This document shows, one piece after another, positions 17,701 to 27,717 of a stretch of 64,000 bases of DNA. The first letter of the stretch is position 1; each line of letters opens with the position of its first letter. Location of the stretch: NCBI RefSeq assembly GCF_963674925.2, contig NZ_CAXXRE010000003.1, positions 2,047,199-2,111,198 of the forward strand. The letters are read 5' to 3'. The notes beneath the pieces are model-generated. The model had not been told where the DNA came from and did no database searches. It saw nothing but the letters and a program-made list of their open reading frames with translations. This stretch comes from an uncultured Draconibacterium sp. GTDB taxonomy: Bacteria > Bacteroidota > Bacteroidia > Bacteroidales > Prolixibacteraceae. The position numbers and the translations under genes are program-made.

Positions 17701-18950
17701 ATGCGCTGTAATCTCGTCCGGAATAATATCGGCGCCAATTATTTTTCCAGTAAACTTTCGTCCCGAGCCGGTCGTACCAGCTCCCCGAATATTTATTTTG
17801 CGGTTTTTTGTTGAAAATATTTCATAAATGGATTCGAATATAATGCGAACTGCATTTACCGGTTGACCTGAAGTACGCGTATAAAAACCTGCCAGAACAT
17901 TTTTGTTCTCATCCAGAAGAATTGCTTTTGTACTTGTTGAGCCGATATCAACACCTAAAAAAGCATTGTATTTCCGGCTTTTAATTTCCGAATAAATATC
18001 AACTTCAACTTCCGGAAAGTCTTTTACAATTTTAGATTTATAGTTGTATTTTTTAATGAAGTAAAATCAGGATAATCAGATAACTCCAGTTTCAACGGTT
18101 GGTGAAAATAGTTTCTTTCTTTAGTTTCTTTTAGAAGAATATCCTGTGGAGACTCAATACTAAAATCAAGCTGTTCCTTTTTATCATCAATAAGATTAAT
18201 TCCTGCACCAATTGCCCCATAAAGATGAGCATTTTTGCCAACCTCCGGTTTAATTCCGGTAAGGGATTCAATATGACCGGCGACAGCTTTGTTTTGAGAA
18301 ACTCCGCCTGCAAAAATTACGGGCGTGTTAATTTTTGCCTCGTTAAAGAGGGTATCGACAATGTTTTTAGCTAATCCGTAGCACAATCCATCACATATTT
18401 CAGCAAGTGAATAACCTTCCTGCTGAACATGAATAAGGTCGGTTTTAGCAAAAACGGAGCATCGGGATGCAATTTTTGGAAAGTCTCCACTGTTTTGGTT
18501 GGCCAGGTCACTAAAATCGGAAATGTCCTCCAGGTTTAGTCTTTTGGATTGTTGATCTAAAAAACTTCCCGTTCCCGCCGCGCACGATGAGTTTCCTTTA
18601 AATTTTCGGTAGTGTTGTTGATCATCGAATAAAACAAGACCAAATTTTTCGCCACCAACAATTAGTATCGAACCAACGTTTTTATGCAAAAATTTTGAAG
18701 CTGTTATGAATGCAACACGATCATCGTAAACAGCAGTATTTCTAATATAGAAAGGAGTAGACGAAGTTGTTGCTATACCACAAATATTTTTGAGGTTGAG
18801 CGGATTAAGAAGGTTGATCAATTTATTAGCGATTTGGCCTTCATGAAAACCGTATGCCGTTTCCAATATTTCCTTTTTTTGATTAAGGATAGCTACCGAA
18901 ATGGCAACCGAACCGACATCAATCGCTAAATATGTTTTTTCAACGCCCAT
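14742..18950 (-). pseudogene. Acyl-CoA dehydratase activase fusion (two BadF/BcrA-type ATPase domains + DUF2229 + HgdD-like), split by two frameshifts
   Basis: AIDVGS and GVDIGSTSTK ATPase motifs, twice CAAGTGSF, CxxCxxxC at TCELCTNHC; frames join at A6 run (18049-18054) and A5 run (17144-17148); restored length 1402 aa. Confidence 0.82.
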
Positions 18951-19141
18951 AGTGAATTCAATAATTTGAGGAACGTTAAGTTGTAATTAACCAAATTTAC
19001 GGATATATTGCGACTTGGTTATGGATTAGATGCGATCATTTTTATAAGTCCAATAGTAATTTGTACCTTAATCTTTTAAAATCTCTCCTGATTAATCTCT
19101 TTAATTGATATTTTGAGTTTGATTGTAATTCATTCCAAACT

Positions 19142-19301
19142 TTAAATCAGGTTGCAACTTCCAATTGTATGGGGAGCCACACAGGAAAAGAGGTCATAAG
19201 CGACCACTTTTTTTCGTGCCCGAAATTTTGAAAACCTTGCTGGTATTGAGGAGTAACTCTATCGGTTTTGTTGCATATCCAGATAGTACTTTTGGTAAAG
19301 A
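19142..19301 (-). pseudogene. C-terminal remnant of a putative site-specific recombinase overlapping an att-like junction
   Basis: SLPKVLSGYATKPIELLLNTSKVFKISGTKK/(1-nt shift)VVAYDLFSCVAPHTIGSCNLI*; recombinase identity is recall-based inference. Confidence 0.5.
19153..19236 (+). repeat. att-like junction copy J2
   Basis: TGGGGAGCCAC (19170-19180) identical to tRNA 14637-14647; followed by aaagaggtc..gacc..T7..gtgcccg; preceded by ttgcaacttccaa. Confidence 0.85.
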
Positions 19302-19331
19302 TCAGTCCTGAAATATACACATGATGATTTT

Positions 19332-20855
19332 TTAAATGGGTTTTGAGAGTACATTGTGATTATAGGTTAAAGTCTTGTTTGGCAGAAAGTGCCACATTGG
19401 ACCGAGATCCCTTTTTACTTTTTCAATCATAAATTTAGGAATTTGATTTGTTTCTTTTTTTACAAAAGATTGAAATTCGCGTTCTTTATGAAGACTCTTA
19501 AGAACAGATGATAAATGGCTTGCTTTACCTCTGCCTCCAATACTTAATGAAAGAAGAAGTGTAATCCATTTTGGCGCCAACGCTTTATTGGCATTAAATC
19601 GATTATTAATGGCTCTGGCTGAGAAACAATATGTTAATAAATCAATAAAATAGATATAGAACTCTTCCCAGGTATAATTTTTTGGTATAATATTCATTGT
19701 ATGTACCGACATCATATAGTGAAATGGAAAAGGAATTATTCGCTTTTCGGTTTCATATTTAATATTGTTTTTATTGCCTTGCCCAAATATTGACAGCAAA
19801 GCAAATGATGGATAGACAGCGGGAGCAAGATCAATGAATTTCTTGGTGAGTTCAAACGGGGCACTTCCTTCATCTACATCAAGACCAAACATGAAATTGG
19901 TTTGTACCTGAGGGATATAACGTTGTATCATATTAACTTGGTCAGCAATTTTTTTAACCTTCTCAATTCCAAAATTTGAACCTGTTTTTGACTTATTTCC
20001 ATAACCAAACCATGATTCTATACCGGGCATAATCATTTTAAATCCGTTACGATTAAGTCTTTTAATTCTTTCTTCATTCAAGCCCGATAGACTGCATTCA
20101 GCAATGAAATCGATATTGCCAGACGGAACCACAGATTCAATAGTCTCCATAATCGAATCGAATTTGACACCAAAATTTGGATCATACCAGCTAACTCTTG
20201 GATGTTTAATTTTTTTGATGAGAAATTGTAGGTCTTTCTTTATCATTTCCATGTCGAGAGGTTGATACGGAATTTCAGAGTCTACACAGAAATCACATTT
20301 ATAGGGGCATCCAAAACTCCCTAATATTGGCGTTATTTTAATAATATTTAGTGGATTGTGTACTTTTTTAATAAGCTCCCATCTTTCTTGCACTCCTGGA
20401 ATATGAGATGGTTGTGATGACGAAGATAATTGTATCCCAAGTGGAGAATTAATTTCAAAACTGCTTAGCAAATCTTTTATCAAATCTTTATTAGTCAATC
20501 CCAAAACATAGTCAAAATATTGGCGGGCATCATCAGGATACGATCTGGCGTGTGGCCCACCAAGTATAGTTACAATGCCTTGCCTACGGGCATAATTGCT
20601 CAAAGCATAGGCAAGTTGAGCGGTGTAAGTAAAAGAACTGATAAAAACAAGATCCGCTTGATTTGGTATAAGCTTCTGTAAATCTTGTGATCCCGTAAAT
20701 ATAGAATATTCTACATCATGTCCTTCCTCCATACACCATACTCCTATTATTTGCGGCATGATACTAATGTAGTTAGGAAACATAATCCTCCTGTAAAGAG
20801 AATTAGAAGGGCCATTATGAATCAGGTCGATAATACAGATTTGGAGCTTCTTCAT
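19332..20855 (-). CDS. B12-binding-domain radical SAM protein
   Basis: GCPYKCDFC (CxxxCxxC), N-terminal ILGGPHA cobalamin-binding-like segment, YDPNFG, PGIES. Confidence 0.85.
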   Translation of the reverse strand: MKKLQICIIDLIHNGPSNSLYRRIMFPNYISIMPQIIGVWCMEEGHDVEYSIFTGSQDLQKLIPNQADLVFISSFTYTAQLAYALSNYARRQGIVTILGGPHARSYPDDARQYFDYVLGLTNKDLIKDLLSSFEINSPLGIQLSSSSQPSHIPGVQERWELIKKVHNPLNIIKITPILGSFGCPYKCDFCVDSEIPYQPLDMEMIKKDLQFLIKKIKHPRVSWYDPNFGVKFDSIMETIESVVPSGNIDFIAECSLSGLNEERIKRLNRNGFKMIMPGIESWFGYGNKSKTGSNFGIEKVKKIADQVNMIQRYIPQVQTNFMFGLDVDEGSAPFELTKKFIDLAPAVYPSFALLSIFGQGNKNNIKYETEKRIIPFPFHYMMSVHTMNIIPKNYTWEEFYIYFIDLLTYCFSARAINNRFNANKALAPKWITLLLSLSIGGRGKASHLSSVLKSLHKEREFQSFVKKETNQIPKFMIEKVKRDLGPMWHFLPNKTLTYNHNVLSKPI

Positions 20856-20944
20856 GATTTGGAATATGGATTATTCGTGCTGCTACGTTGGATTTTAAAA
20901 AAAGGTTGCAAAAAACGGTACCGACAAGAACAATCAAATGATAT

Positions 20945-20981
20945 CGTGTTGGCATGGGGAGCAATGTAATAAGAAGTAGTC
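20945..20981 (+). repeat. Degenerate att-like junction copy
   Basis: gttggcatggggagcaat; minus frame reads TSYYIAPHANTI, similar to SCVAPHTI of J2. Confidence 0.45.
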
Positions 20982-21300
20982 GGGAATGGTTGAAGAAAAC
21001 CCGTAATAAAAATGGTGATACGGTACAAAACTAACATGCAAATGGTTTAGCGAAGCGTTTCAACCTTAAATCTACTTTTGGTCTTATTAATCTCGTTCAG
21101 TCGGTATAGTTTATTAAAACTTCAGTCCCTTGTGCTCATCAGAAATGTTGATGGATGCATTGGTAATTAATGCATTATCCTTAAATTGCTAAAAAATCAT
21201 ATCAGCATTCTTATTGATAGAACATTCTTTTAAAAAGTCATAATTTGATTAAAAATTCCCGAGTGAACAGTGTTTATACACGATTATAAAAATATTCGTT

Positions 21301-23676
21301 ATGATAAAAAATATTTTAAAAACGGCGATCAGACATATTTTTAAGTATTTTGGATACAGCTTTTTAAATATTATTGGTCTTACTCTGGGGATTACAAGCT
21401 CGCTCTTTTTGATAATTTATGTTGCCGATGAGCTTAGTTACGATAATTATCACGAAAAAGCTGATCGCATTTATCGTGTTTCTTCAACAATAACGGAACC
21501 CGATGACCAATTTACATGGATTGTTGCCCAGATTCCGTTTGGACCCCAGGTTGCACAAGATTATCCCGAAGTTGAGTCTTTTGTACGATTTATAAATATG
21601 CCCCGTCAATTGTATAAGTATGAAGACAATGAATATAACGAGGATAATTTCTATTACGCAGACTCAACACTGTTTAGTATTTTCAGTTATAATGTAATCG
21701 AGGGAGATGCAATAGCTGCTGTATCAGAACCCAATAAAATAGCACTTACTGAAAAAGTAGCGCTAAAATATTTTGGGAATACTAATGCCATCGGGAAAAC
21801 ATTAACTGCCGGAGCTAATTCTTATGAGGTTGTAGCAATACTTGAAAATGTTCCGTCCAATTCTCATTTTCGTTTTGATGCTATTGCGGCCCGAAATAAT
21901 CTACCGAAACAATTGGGCAGTTGGGGGAATTTTGGCGTTTTTACCTATTTGTTATTGCCTGATAATATTGACGTAAAAGCATTTGAGACGAAACTTGACG
22001 ATATGTACGATAACTATATGAAGTCGATATTTGAAGCAATGAATATTACCATAAAATATAGTTTAGAGCCATTAAAAGATATTCATCTATATTCAACTAA
22101 TGCTAGCGAACCAGAACCAACCGGAAGCATAACTTATGTATATATTTTTGGGATAGTGGCGTTTTTTCTGGTATTAATTGCGGCAATGAATTATATGAAC
22201 CTGGCAACGGCACGGTCGGCCAAAAGAGCGAAAGAAGTTGGTTTAAGAAAAGTAGCAGGAACGAGTAGGGGACCACTACTTTTTCAGTTTCTTGCAGAAT
22301 CTGTTTTTCTCACTTTGGTTTCACTTCTTTTTAGTATTGTTCTTGTTATTATTCTATTGCACCAGTTCAATATTGTTGCAGGTAAATCATTCGATCTTAG
22401 TATTCTTATAAGTCCGATATTTTTAGCGGCACTTTTTAGTATTGTTTTAATTATTGGTATTCTTGGCGGGTGTTATCCTGCATTTTATTTATCTCGATTC
22501 AACCCTGGCGCTGTACTTAAGGGCGAAGTAACTCAGGGAGCTTCAGGTAGCTCTTTCCGAAAAGTTTTGGTGGTTATTCAATTCTCCATTTCTGTGATAA
22601 TGATTATTTGCACCTTGGTTGTCTATAATCAATTGAATTTCTTAAAAACAATGGATCAGGGATTCGATCAGGAGAATGTAATTAGCTTAAGACTGGACGG
22701 AGAAATGATAAATAAATACCCCGTTTTAAAAACATCATTACTAAATCATCCGGGGATAAAATATGTTAGTTCAACAAATACACCTATTGGTGAGGGATCG
22801 GGTAAATTAGTATTCAATGTTGAAACTAACCAGGGAATGATGGAAAAGGGAGTAAACTTTAGTGTTGTTGACCACGATTTTATCGATGCACTTGGAATTA
22901 AAATTTCTGAAGGAAGAAACTTTAGACAGGATATGCGATCGGATACACTTCAAGCCGTTATTGTTAATGAAACCTTTGTTAAACGTATGGCCTGGAGCAA
23001 AGCACTTGGAAAAAAAATACAGTTGGGACAAAATGCAGGTGCTTTAAATGCAAGAGTTGTTGGTGTTATGGCAGATTACCATCAAACCGGTATGTATAAT
23101 GAAACGGAATCGCTGCTTCTTGCCTACCGAATTAATAACAACATCGTATACATAAAAATTAATGAAGACGAAACAGATAAAACACTTAGTCATATCGAAA
23201 CTCAATGGAATGAGGTGTTTCCTGATAAGCCGTTTGAATATACTTTTTTAGAAGAAAGGTTTAATAATCAGTTTGAAGCAGACGAAAAGAGGGGCGTTAT
23301 TTTTACTTTATTTACTATTCTCGCCATAATAATAGCATGTTTGGGGCTTTTTGGCTTGGTATCGTATATGGTTGAACAAAGAACAAAGGAAATTGGAGTA
23401 AGAAAGACATTTGGTGCAAATGAAATTTCAATTCTGGAACTAATTATTAAGTATTTCCTGAAGCTTGCACTTATTGCGATTATTATAGCATTACCAATCG
23501 CCTATTACTTTATGAGTAGATGGTTGGAAAACTATGTGTACAGAACAAAAATTAGTATTTATCTTTTGATTATTGCAGCATTATCAACCGTTCTCATTTC
23601 TATAATAACCATAAGTTTCAAAGCGTATCAGGCTGCCAATCTTAATCCCGCTGAGTCAGTAAAAATGCGATCGTAA
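21301..23676 (+). CDS. MacB/FtsX-like ABC transporter permease (duplicated architecture)
   Basis: NYMNLATARSAKRAKEVGLRK, VLVVIQFSIS, EQRTKEIGVRK; 791 aa; no ATPase gene adjacent. Confidence 0.9.
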   Translation: MIKNILKTAIRHIFKYFGYSFLNIIGLTLGITSSLFLIIYVADELSYDNYHEKADRIYRVSSTITEPDDQFTWIVAQIPFGPQVAQDYPEVESFVRFINMPRQLYKYEDNEYNEDNFYYADSTLFSIFSYNVIEGDAIAAVSEPNKIALTEKVALKYFGNTNAIGKTLTAGANSYEVVAILENVPSNSHFRFDAIAARNNLPKQLGSWGNFGVFTYLLLPDNIDVKAFETKLDDMYDNYMKSIFEAMNITIKYSLEPLKDIHLYSTNASEPEPTGSITYVYIFGIVAFFLVLIAAMNYMNLATARSAKRAKEVGLRKVAGTSRGPLLFQFLAESVFLTLVSLLFSIVLVIILLHQFNIVAGKSFDLSILISPIFLAALFSIVLIIGILGGCYPAFYLSRFNPGAVLKGEVTQGASGSSFRKVLVVIQFSISVIMIICTLVVYNQLNFLKTMDQGFDQENVISLRLDGEMINKYPVLKTSLLNHPGIKYVSSTNTPIGEGSGKLVFNVETNQGMMEKGVNFSVVDHDFIDALGIKISEGRNFRQDMRSDTLQAVIVNETFVKRMAWSKALGKKIQLGQNAGALNARVVGVMADYHQTGMYNETESLLLAYRINNNIVYIKINEDETDKTLSHIETQWNEVFPDKPFEYTFLEERFNNQFEADEKRGVIFTLFTILAIIIACLGLFGLVSYMVEQRTKEIGVRKTFGANEISILELIIKYFLKLALIAIIIALPIAYYFMSRWLENYVYRTKISIYLLIIAALSTVLISIITISFKAYQAANLNPAESVKMRS

Positions 23677-23709
23677 ATAGGAGTATTTGAAGGAATTTAT
23701 TCGCAAGAT

Positions 23710-23854
23710 GCTTTTCCTGTAAGCCGGAGGTTGGTTTTTGCTTACCAACTAAAAACCTCAACACTTTTGGCTCTTCATAAAATTCAAGTCGGCCAATAAG
23801 CTTTCTGTTCTCGTAAAGCCATGCAATTCTGTCGATGGTATATTTTACCTGCGA
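23710..23854 (-). pseudogene. 145-bp decayed duplicate of the 3' end of the beta-eliminating lyase at 32435-33883
   Basis: Ungapped match to 32476-32620; translates SQVKYTIDRIAWLYENRKLIGRLEFYEEPKVLRFLVGKQKPTS. Confidence 0.88.
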
Positions 23855-23875
23855 GAAATTTTAACTGTTGTGCAG

Positions 23876-24826
23876 TTATTTCAATTCTATTTTTTCTTTG
23901 TTAGCATCGAGCCAATCATCAAATGAAAGCAGTTCCGGATTCAACGATTTTGTTTGCTTAATATTTCTTACCCCGGAAAAATATTCTTCAAAATCACGAT
24001 TAAACTGAAACATATTACCAAGGTCTTCTGCTCCCGGGAATCCAAAACTTCTGTAGACAGAGGGTGGAACATCATTAAATGCGACATCCACTCCAAGCGC
24101 TTTTGAGAACGAATTGGCCATTTGTTGACCTGTTAAATGCTCTCCGGCAATAGAAATCGTTTCGCCTTGATATTTTTTACCTGCTGCAAAAATTCCATAT
24201 ACGGATTTGCCAATATCAGCTGCAGCTATACCTGGAAGTTTCTTTTCTCCCATTGGCAGTGTTATGGACAGTTTCCCGTCAGGGCCTTTTTGTGGCCCCA
24301 TGCCAAAATAAATGAAATTGTCCCAATAAAATGAGGTCTGTAGTAAGGTGTATGGAACTCCGCTGTTTTCAAAAAATACATTGGATTCTCCCTTTGCATC
24401 AAAGTGAGGAACTTTATATTGTTCCATAAGCGTTGGCATTCGATCATCATCGAGTGGTACCCACTTTCGTGTATCCTCAAGTGTTGACCATATAATATGT
24501 TTTATGTCGGCTTCTTTGGCTGCTTCAGCCATGTTTTTAGCATGCGCTTTTTCCTTTTCGGGGGAAAAATGTTCCCAGAAAAATGTTACACAAAAGGCAC
24601 CATATGCTCCATCGAAGGCTTTAACCAGGCTTTCTTTATCATCGACATTAGCTTCTACGACTTCAGCTCCCATATTAGCCAATGCTTTCGCTTTATCTGA
24701 ACCTGCATTACGGGTTATGGCCCGGGCCTGAAATTCTCCGTTTTTGTCGTTTAATATAGCACGGACCAAACCACCACCCTGTGCTCCGGTGGCTCCTATA
24801 ACTGCAATAACCTTTTTTTCATTCAT
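23876..24826 (-). CDS. NmrA/HSCARG family NAD(P)-binding protein
   Basis: VIGATGAQGG, VPHFDAK, FYWDNF. Confidence 0.9.
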   Translation of the reverse strand: MNEKKVIAVIGATGAQGGGLVRAILNDKNGEFQARAITRNAGSDKAKALANMGAEVVEANVDDKESLVKAFDGAYGAFCVTFFWEHFSPEKEKAHAKNMAEAAKEADIKHIIWSTLEDTRKWVPLDDDRMPTLMEQYKVPHFDAKGESNVFFENSGVPYTLLQTSFYWDNFIYFGMGPQKGPDGKLSITLPMGEKKLPGIAAADIGKSVYGIFAAGKKYQGETISIAGEHLTGQQMANSFSKALGVDVAFNDVPPSVYRSFGFPGAEDLGNMFQFNRDFEEYFSGVRNIKQTKSLNPELLSFDDWLDANKEKIELK

Positions 24827-25278
24827 AGCTTTATTGTTTAATGTAAAATGTTGATAGATATAAATTTACTAATTTTTTAACCCAAAAACATAAAAACATC
24901 TTTTAATCTTTCAAAACTATCCAGTTAGCACTTATAGGTGAGTGAATGGCTTTATGATTGCGAATCAGATGGAGTGTTTATCGGGGAAGAATAGCAATGG
25001 TGGGGCATGAACTGGGAAGAGCAAAATAGTTTTCATCAATTCTTAAATTCCGAAACATTAGGTTTGGGAAGCATCAACAAAAATTTGGGAAAATCCATCA
25101 ACGTGCTTCGTGCTATTGCTTGTAAATTGGATCAAGGTAAAGTCAATTGGATGTGAGTTTTTAATAAGCTCATTCCAATGAAAACCAAATCCTGAAAAAG
25201 TTCGTAAAGCCTTAAGCCGGTTGATGGATTTACAATTCAATACTGTATTACTTAGTCAATTAATCTAAAAAAATTGCC

Positions 25279-27438
25279 ATGAGTTCCACCCCGATTTATG
25301 AGAATTTTAAAGCAAGATTAAACTATTTGTTGTTCGACCGTTTTGATACCAGAGAAAAAGAAATGAGAAAATTTCATTTTGGTACGCAAATGGGTTTTCT
25401 GGTGGGTATGCTTCTTTTAATAGGTAATTCTTTTGTCGGAAAGGTTCCAATTCTTGGCTATTTGGGATTGAGTGGAATTATCTACGGATTCATCTTACTT
25501 TTTATTTTTCCTTTTGTCAATAAAGTGAAGTATTTAATATTGGCAAAGGAACTTGGATTACTGGGCATCGTATTCTATTTCACTTATCATACAGGCGGTC
25601 TTTTAACCTGCGGGGGAATCATTCTTGTGGGAATAGTGCCTGTATTGGTATCGCTAAGTTTTAAAAATTACCGTTGGATTGTACTGGTTTTTTTTATCTA
25701 TTTTATTTCTGTAATGTACCTGCTAATCGTGGATAAACAACTTCCGGGAAAAGATTTAATCCCACCAGACTGGAATCTCTATTTTTTTGCCACAACCTTA
25801 CTGGTTTGCACCATCGTTCTTTTCATTTTTGCCGTGTTGGCGCAACGAATTTACACAAACCTGGAACGAAGGGAAACAGAGCACCAAAAAGAAATTAATG
25901 ATGCAAAAACCCGGCTATACACCAACATAACCCACGAGTTCCGTACACCACTTACCGTAATTCTCGGCTTAGCCGATTCGGCTAAAGATAACGGGCAGAA
26001 CAACAATCCGGCGAAAATGGACACCATTATTAAAAACGGCAAAAACCTGCTTCAACTCGTCGATCAAATGCTGGATCTAAGTAAACTGGAATCGGGCCGG
26101 ATGTCGGTAAATAAAATAAGTGCCAACATCATTCCTTTCCTGAAATATGTTTTTCAATTGCAGGAATTTTATGCCGAGGAGAAAAATATTTCCATGTACT
26201 TTTCGTCTGAGGACCAGTCCTATGATGTTGAATTTGACCCGGAAAAATTGGCATCAGTAGTATCTAACCTCTTGAGTAATGCCATAAAATTTACCCACGA
26301 TGGCGGACAGATCAGCATGAAAGTGTACCAGGCAGATGAAAATATCTGCATGGAAATTAAGGACAACGGCATTGGAATTCCGGAGGAAAAACAGGAAACC
26401 ATATTCGACCGTTTTTACCAGATAGATGGTGAAACCACGCGAAAAGAAGGTGGTGCCGGAATTGGCCTGGCCATTACACGCGAACTGGTGCAATTGTTGA
26501 ATGGCACGATAGAAGTAAAAAGCAGTATGGGAATTGGAACCGTTTTTACGGTTAAACTGCCCTATATTTCCGGTTCAGGTAAAAAAGTTGTGGCAACCAC
26601 TTTTGAAGAAGAATTTGAATCGGATACCAACGAACCTGTGCAACCCGGTTTTATCGGTCGTCAACGTTTGCTGATTGTTGAAGATAATCCCGATGTAGTT
26701 GGCTATCTGAAAGCCTGTTATAAAAACCATTTTTTCATTCATACCGCAAAAGACGGGAAAGAAGGCATTCATCTGGCGATAGCTGAGATACCTGATATTA
26801 TCATCAGCGATGTGATGATGCCCGGATTGGATGGTTTTGAGTTGTGCAAAAAACTGAAAAACGACTTCCGGACCAGTCATATACCCATCATTTTTTTGAC
26901 AGCAAAAGCCGATATTCCATCACGCATCGAGGGGCTGGAAACCGGCGCCGATGCCTACATTGTAAAACCTTTCAACCAACGCGAATTGCTGGTGCGGATG
27001 CAAAAACTATTGGAACTGAGAAGAAAGCTGTTTCGCCGTTACAGTAACGAAAACGGTCTCGAATTCTCTTCGGACCCTGTGATTCAGCGGGAAGACCAGT
27101 TCTTCAAAAAGCTTAATGAGATAATCCTAAGAAACCTGGGGGATGAATTCTTTACCATCCAGGTGCTTTGTGATGAAATGGCCATGAGCAAATCGCAACT
27201 GTACCGTAAATTTAGTGCACTTACCAGTATTCCTGCTGCAAAATACATCCGCACCCTGCGCATGAAAAAAGCCAAAGAACTGTTGCAAACCACCTCGATG
27301 AACATTACTGAAGTGGGTTACGAAGTAGGTATGAAAAGCGTATCGGTTTTTAGCAAGGTATTCAAAGAAGAGTTTGGTTACAGCCCTTCCGAATATGTAC
27401 AAAAAAATTTGAGTACAATGAATTCATCCGGCACCTGA
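25279..27438 (+). CDS. Hybrid sensor kinase / receiver / AraC protein with multi-TM N-terminus
   Basis: H-box THEFRTPLT, NLLSNAIKFT, DNGIG, GAGIGL; receiver SDVMMPGLDG, FLTAK; AraC tail LYRKF...ITEVGYEVG...FSKVFKEEFG. Confidence 0.92.
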   Translation: MSSTPIYENFKARLNYLLFDRFDTREKEMRKFHFGTQMGFLVGMLLLIGNSFVGKVPILGYLGLSGIIYGFILLFIFPFVNKVKYLILAKELGLLGIVFYFTYHTGGLLTCGGIILVGIVPVLVSLSFKNYRWIVLVFFIYFISVMYLLIVDKQLPGKDLIPPDWNLYFFATTLLVCTIVLFIFAVLAQRIYTNLERRETEHQKEINDAKTRLYTNITHEFRTPLTVILGLADSAKDNGQNNNPAKMDTIIKNGKNLLQLVDQMLDLSKLESGRMSVNKISANIIPFLKYVFQLQEFYAEEKNISMYFSSEDQSYDVEFDPEKLASVVSNLLSNAIKFTHDGGQISMKVYQADENICMEIKDNGIGIPEEKQETIFDRFYQIDGETTRKEGGAGIGLAITRELVQLLNGTIEVKSSMGIGTVFTVKLPYISGSGKKVVATTFEEEFESDTNEPVQPGFIGRQRLLIVEDNPDVVGYLKACYKNHFFIHTAKDGKEGIHLAIAEIPDIIISDVMMPGLDGFELCKKLKNDFRTSHIPIIFLTAKADIPSRIEGLETGADAYIVKPFNQRELLVRMQKLLELRRKLFRRYSNENGLEFSSDPVIQREDQFFKKLNEIILRNLGDEFFTIQVLCDEMAMSKSQLYRKFSALTSIPAAKYIRTLRMKKAKELLQTTSMNITEVGYEVGMKSVSVFSKVFKEEFGYSPSEYVQKNLSTMNSSGT

Positions 27439-27617
27439 ATAATTCTCATTTCTCCTGACAATATTTCCTATAGGCTTTGTCAATAAACTAATATGGCGAT
27501 GTCAGACTGAAATTATTTCAGCATCTCACCATAATATCAGATTCCGAAATATCCCGATAATTATCGGGACAAAATACCGTCAAAAGGCATGTGGTTTGAC
27601 ACCACAGATCCTTTTGA

Positions 27618-27651
27618 GAAGAACCGACAAACATGCGGGAAGAACCGACAA
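27618..27651 (+). promoter_or_regulatory. 13-bp direct repeat with 21-bp period: candidate AraC-type activator site
   Basis: GAAGAACCGACAA at 27618 and 27639, upstream of TAATTTGC (27673-27680) and the lipoprotein gene. Confidence 0.65.
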
Positions 27652-27717
27652 CGCAAAGCCAGTTATTCGGCCTAATTTGCGATCGTAATTCAATGTTTAA
27701 CCTTAAATTTTAGAATC

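Noticed and set aside
25000-25035. gaactgggaagagcaaaa (minus frame YFALPSSCPTI) as a further junction
   Set aside because: Similarity too weak to distinguish from chance by eye
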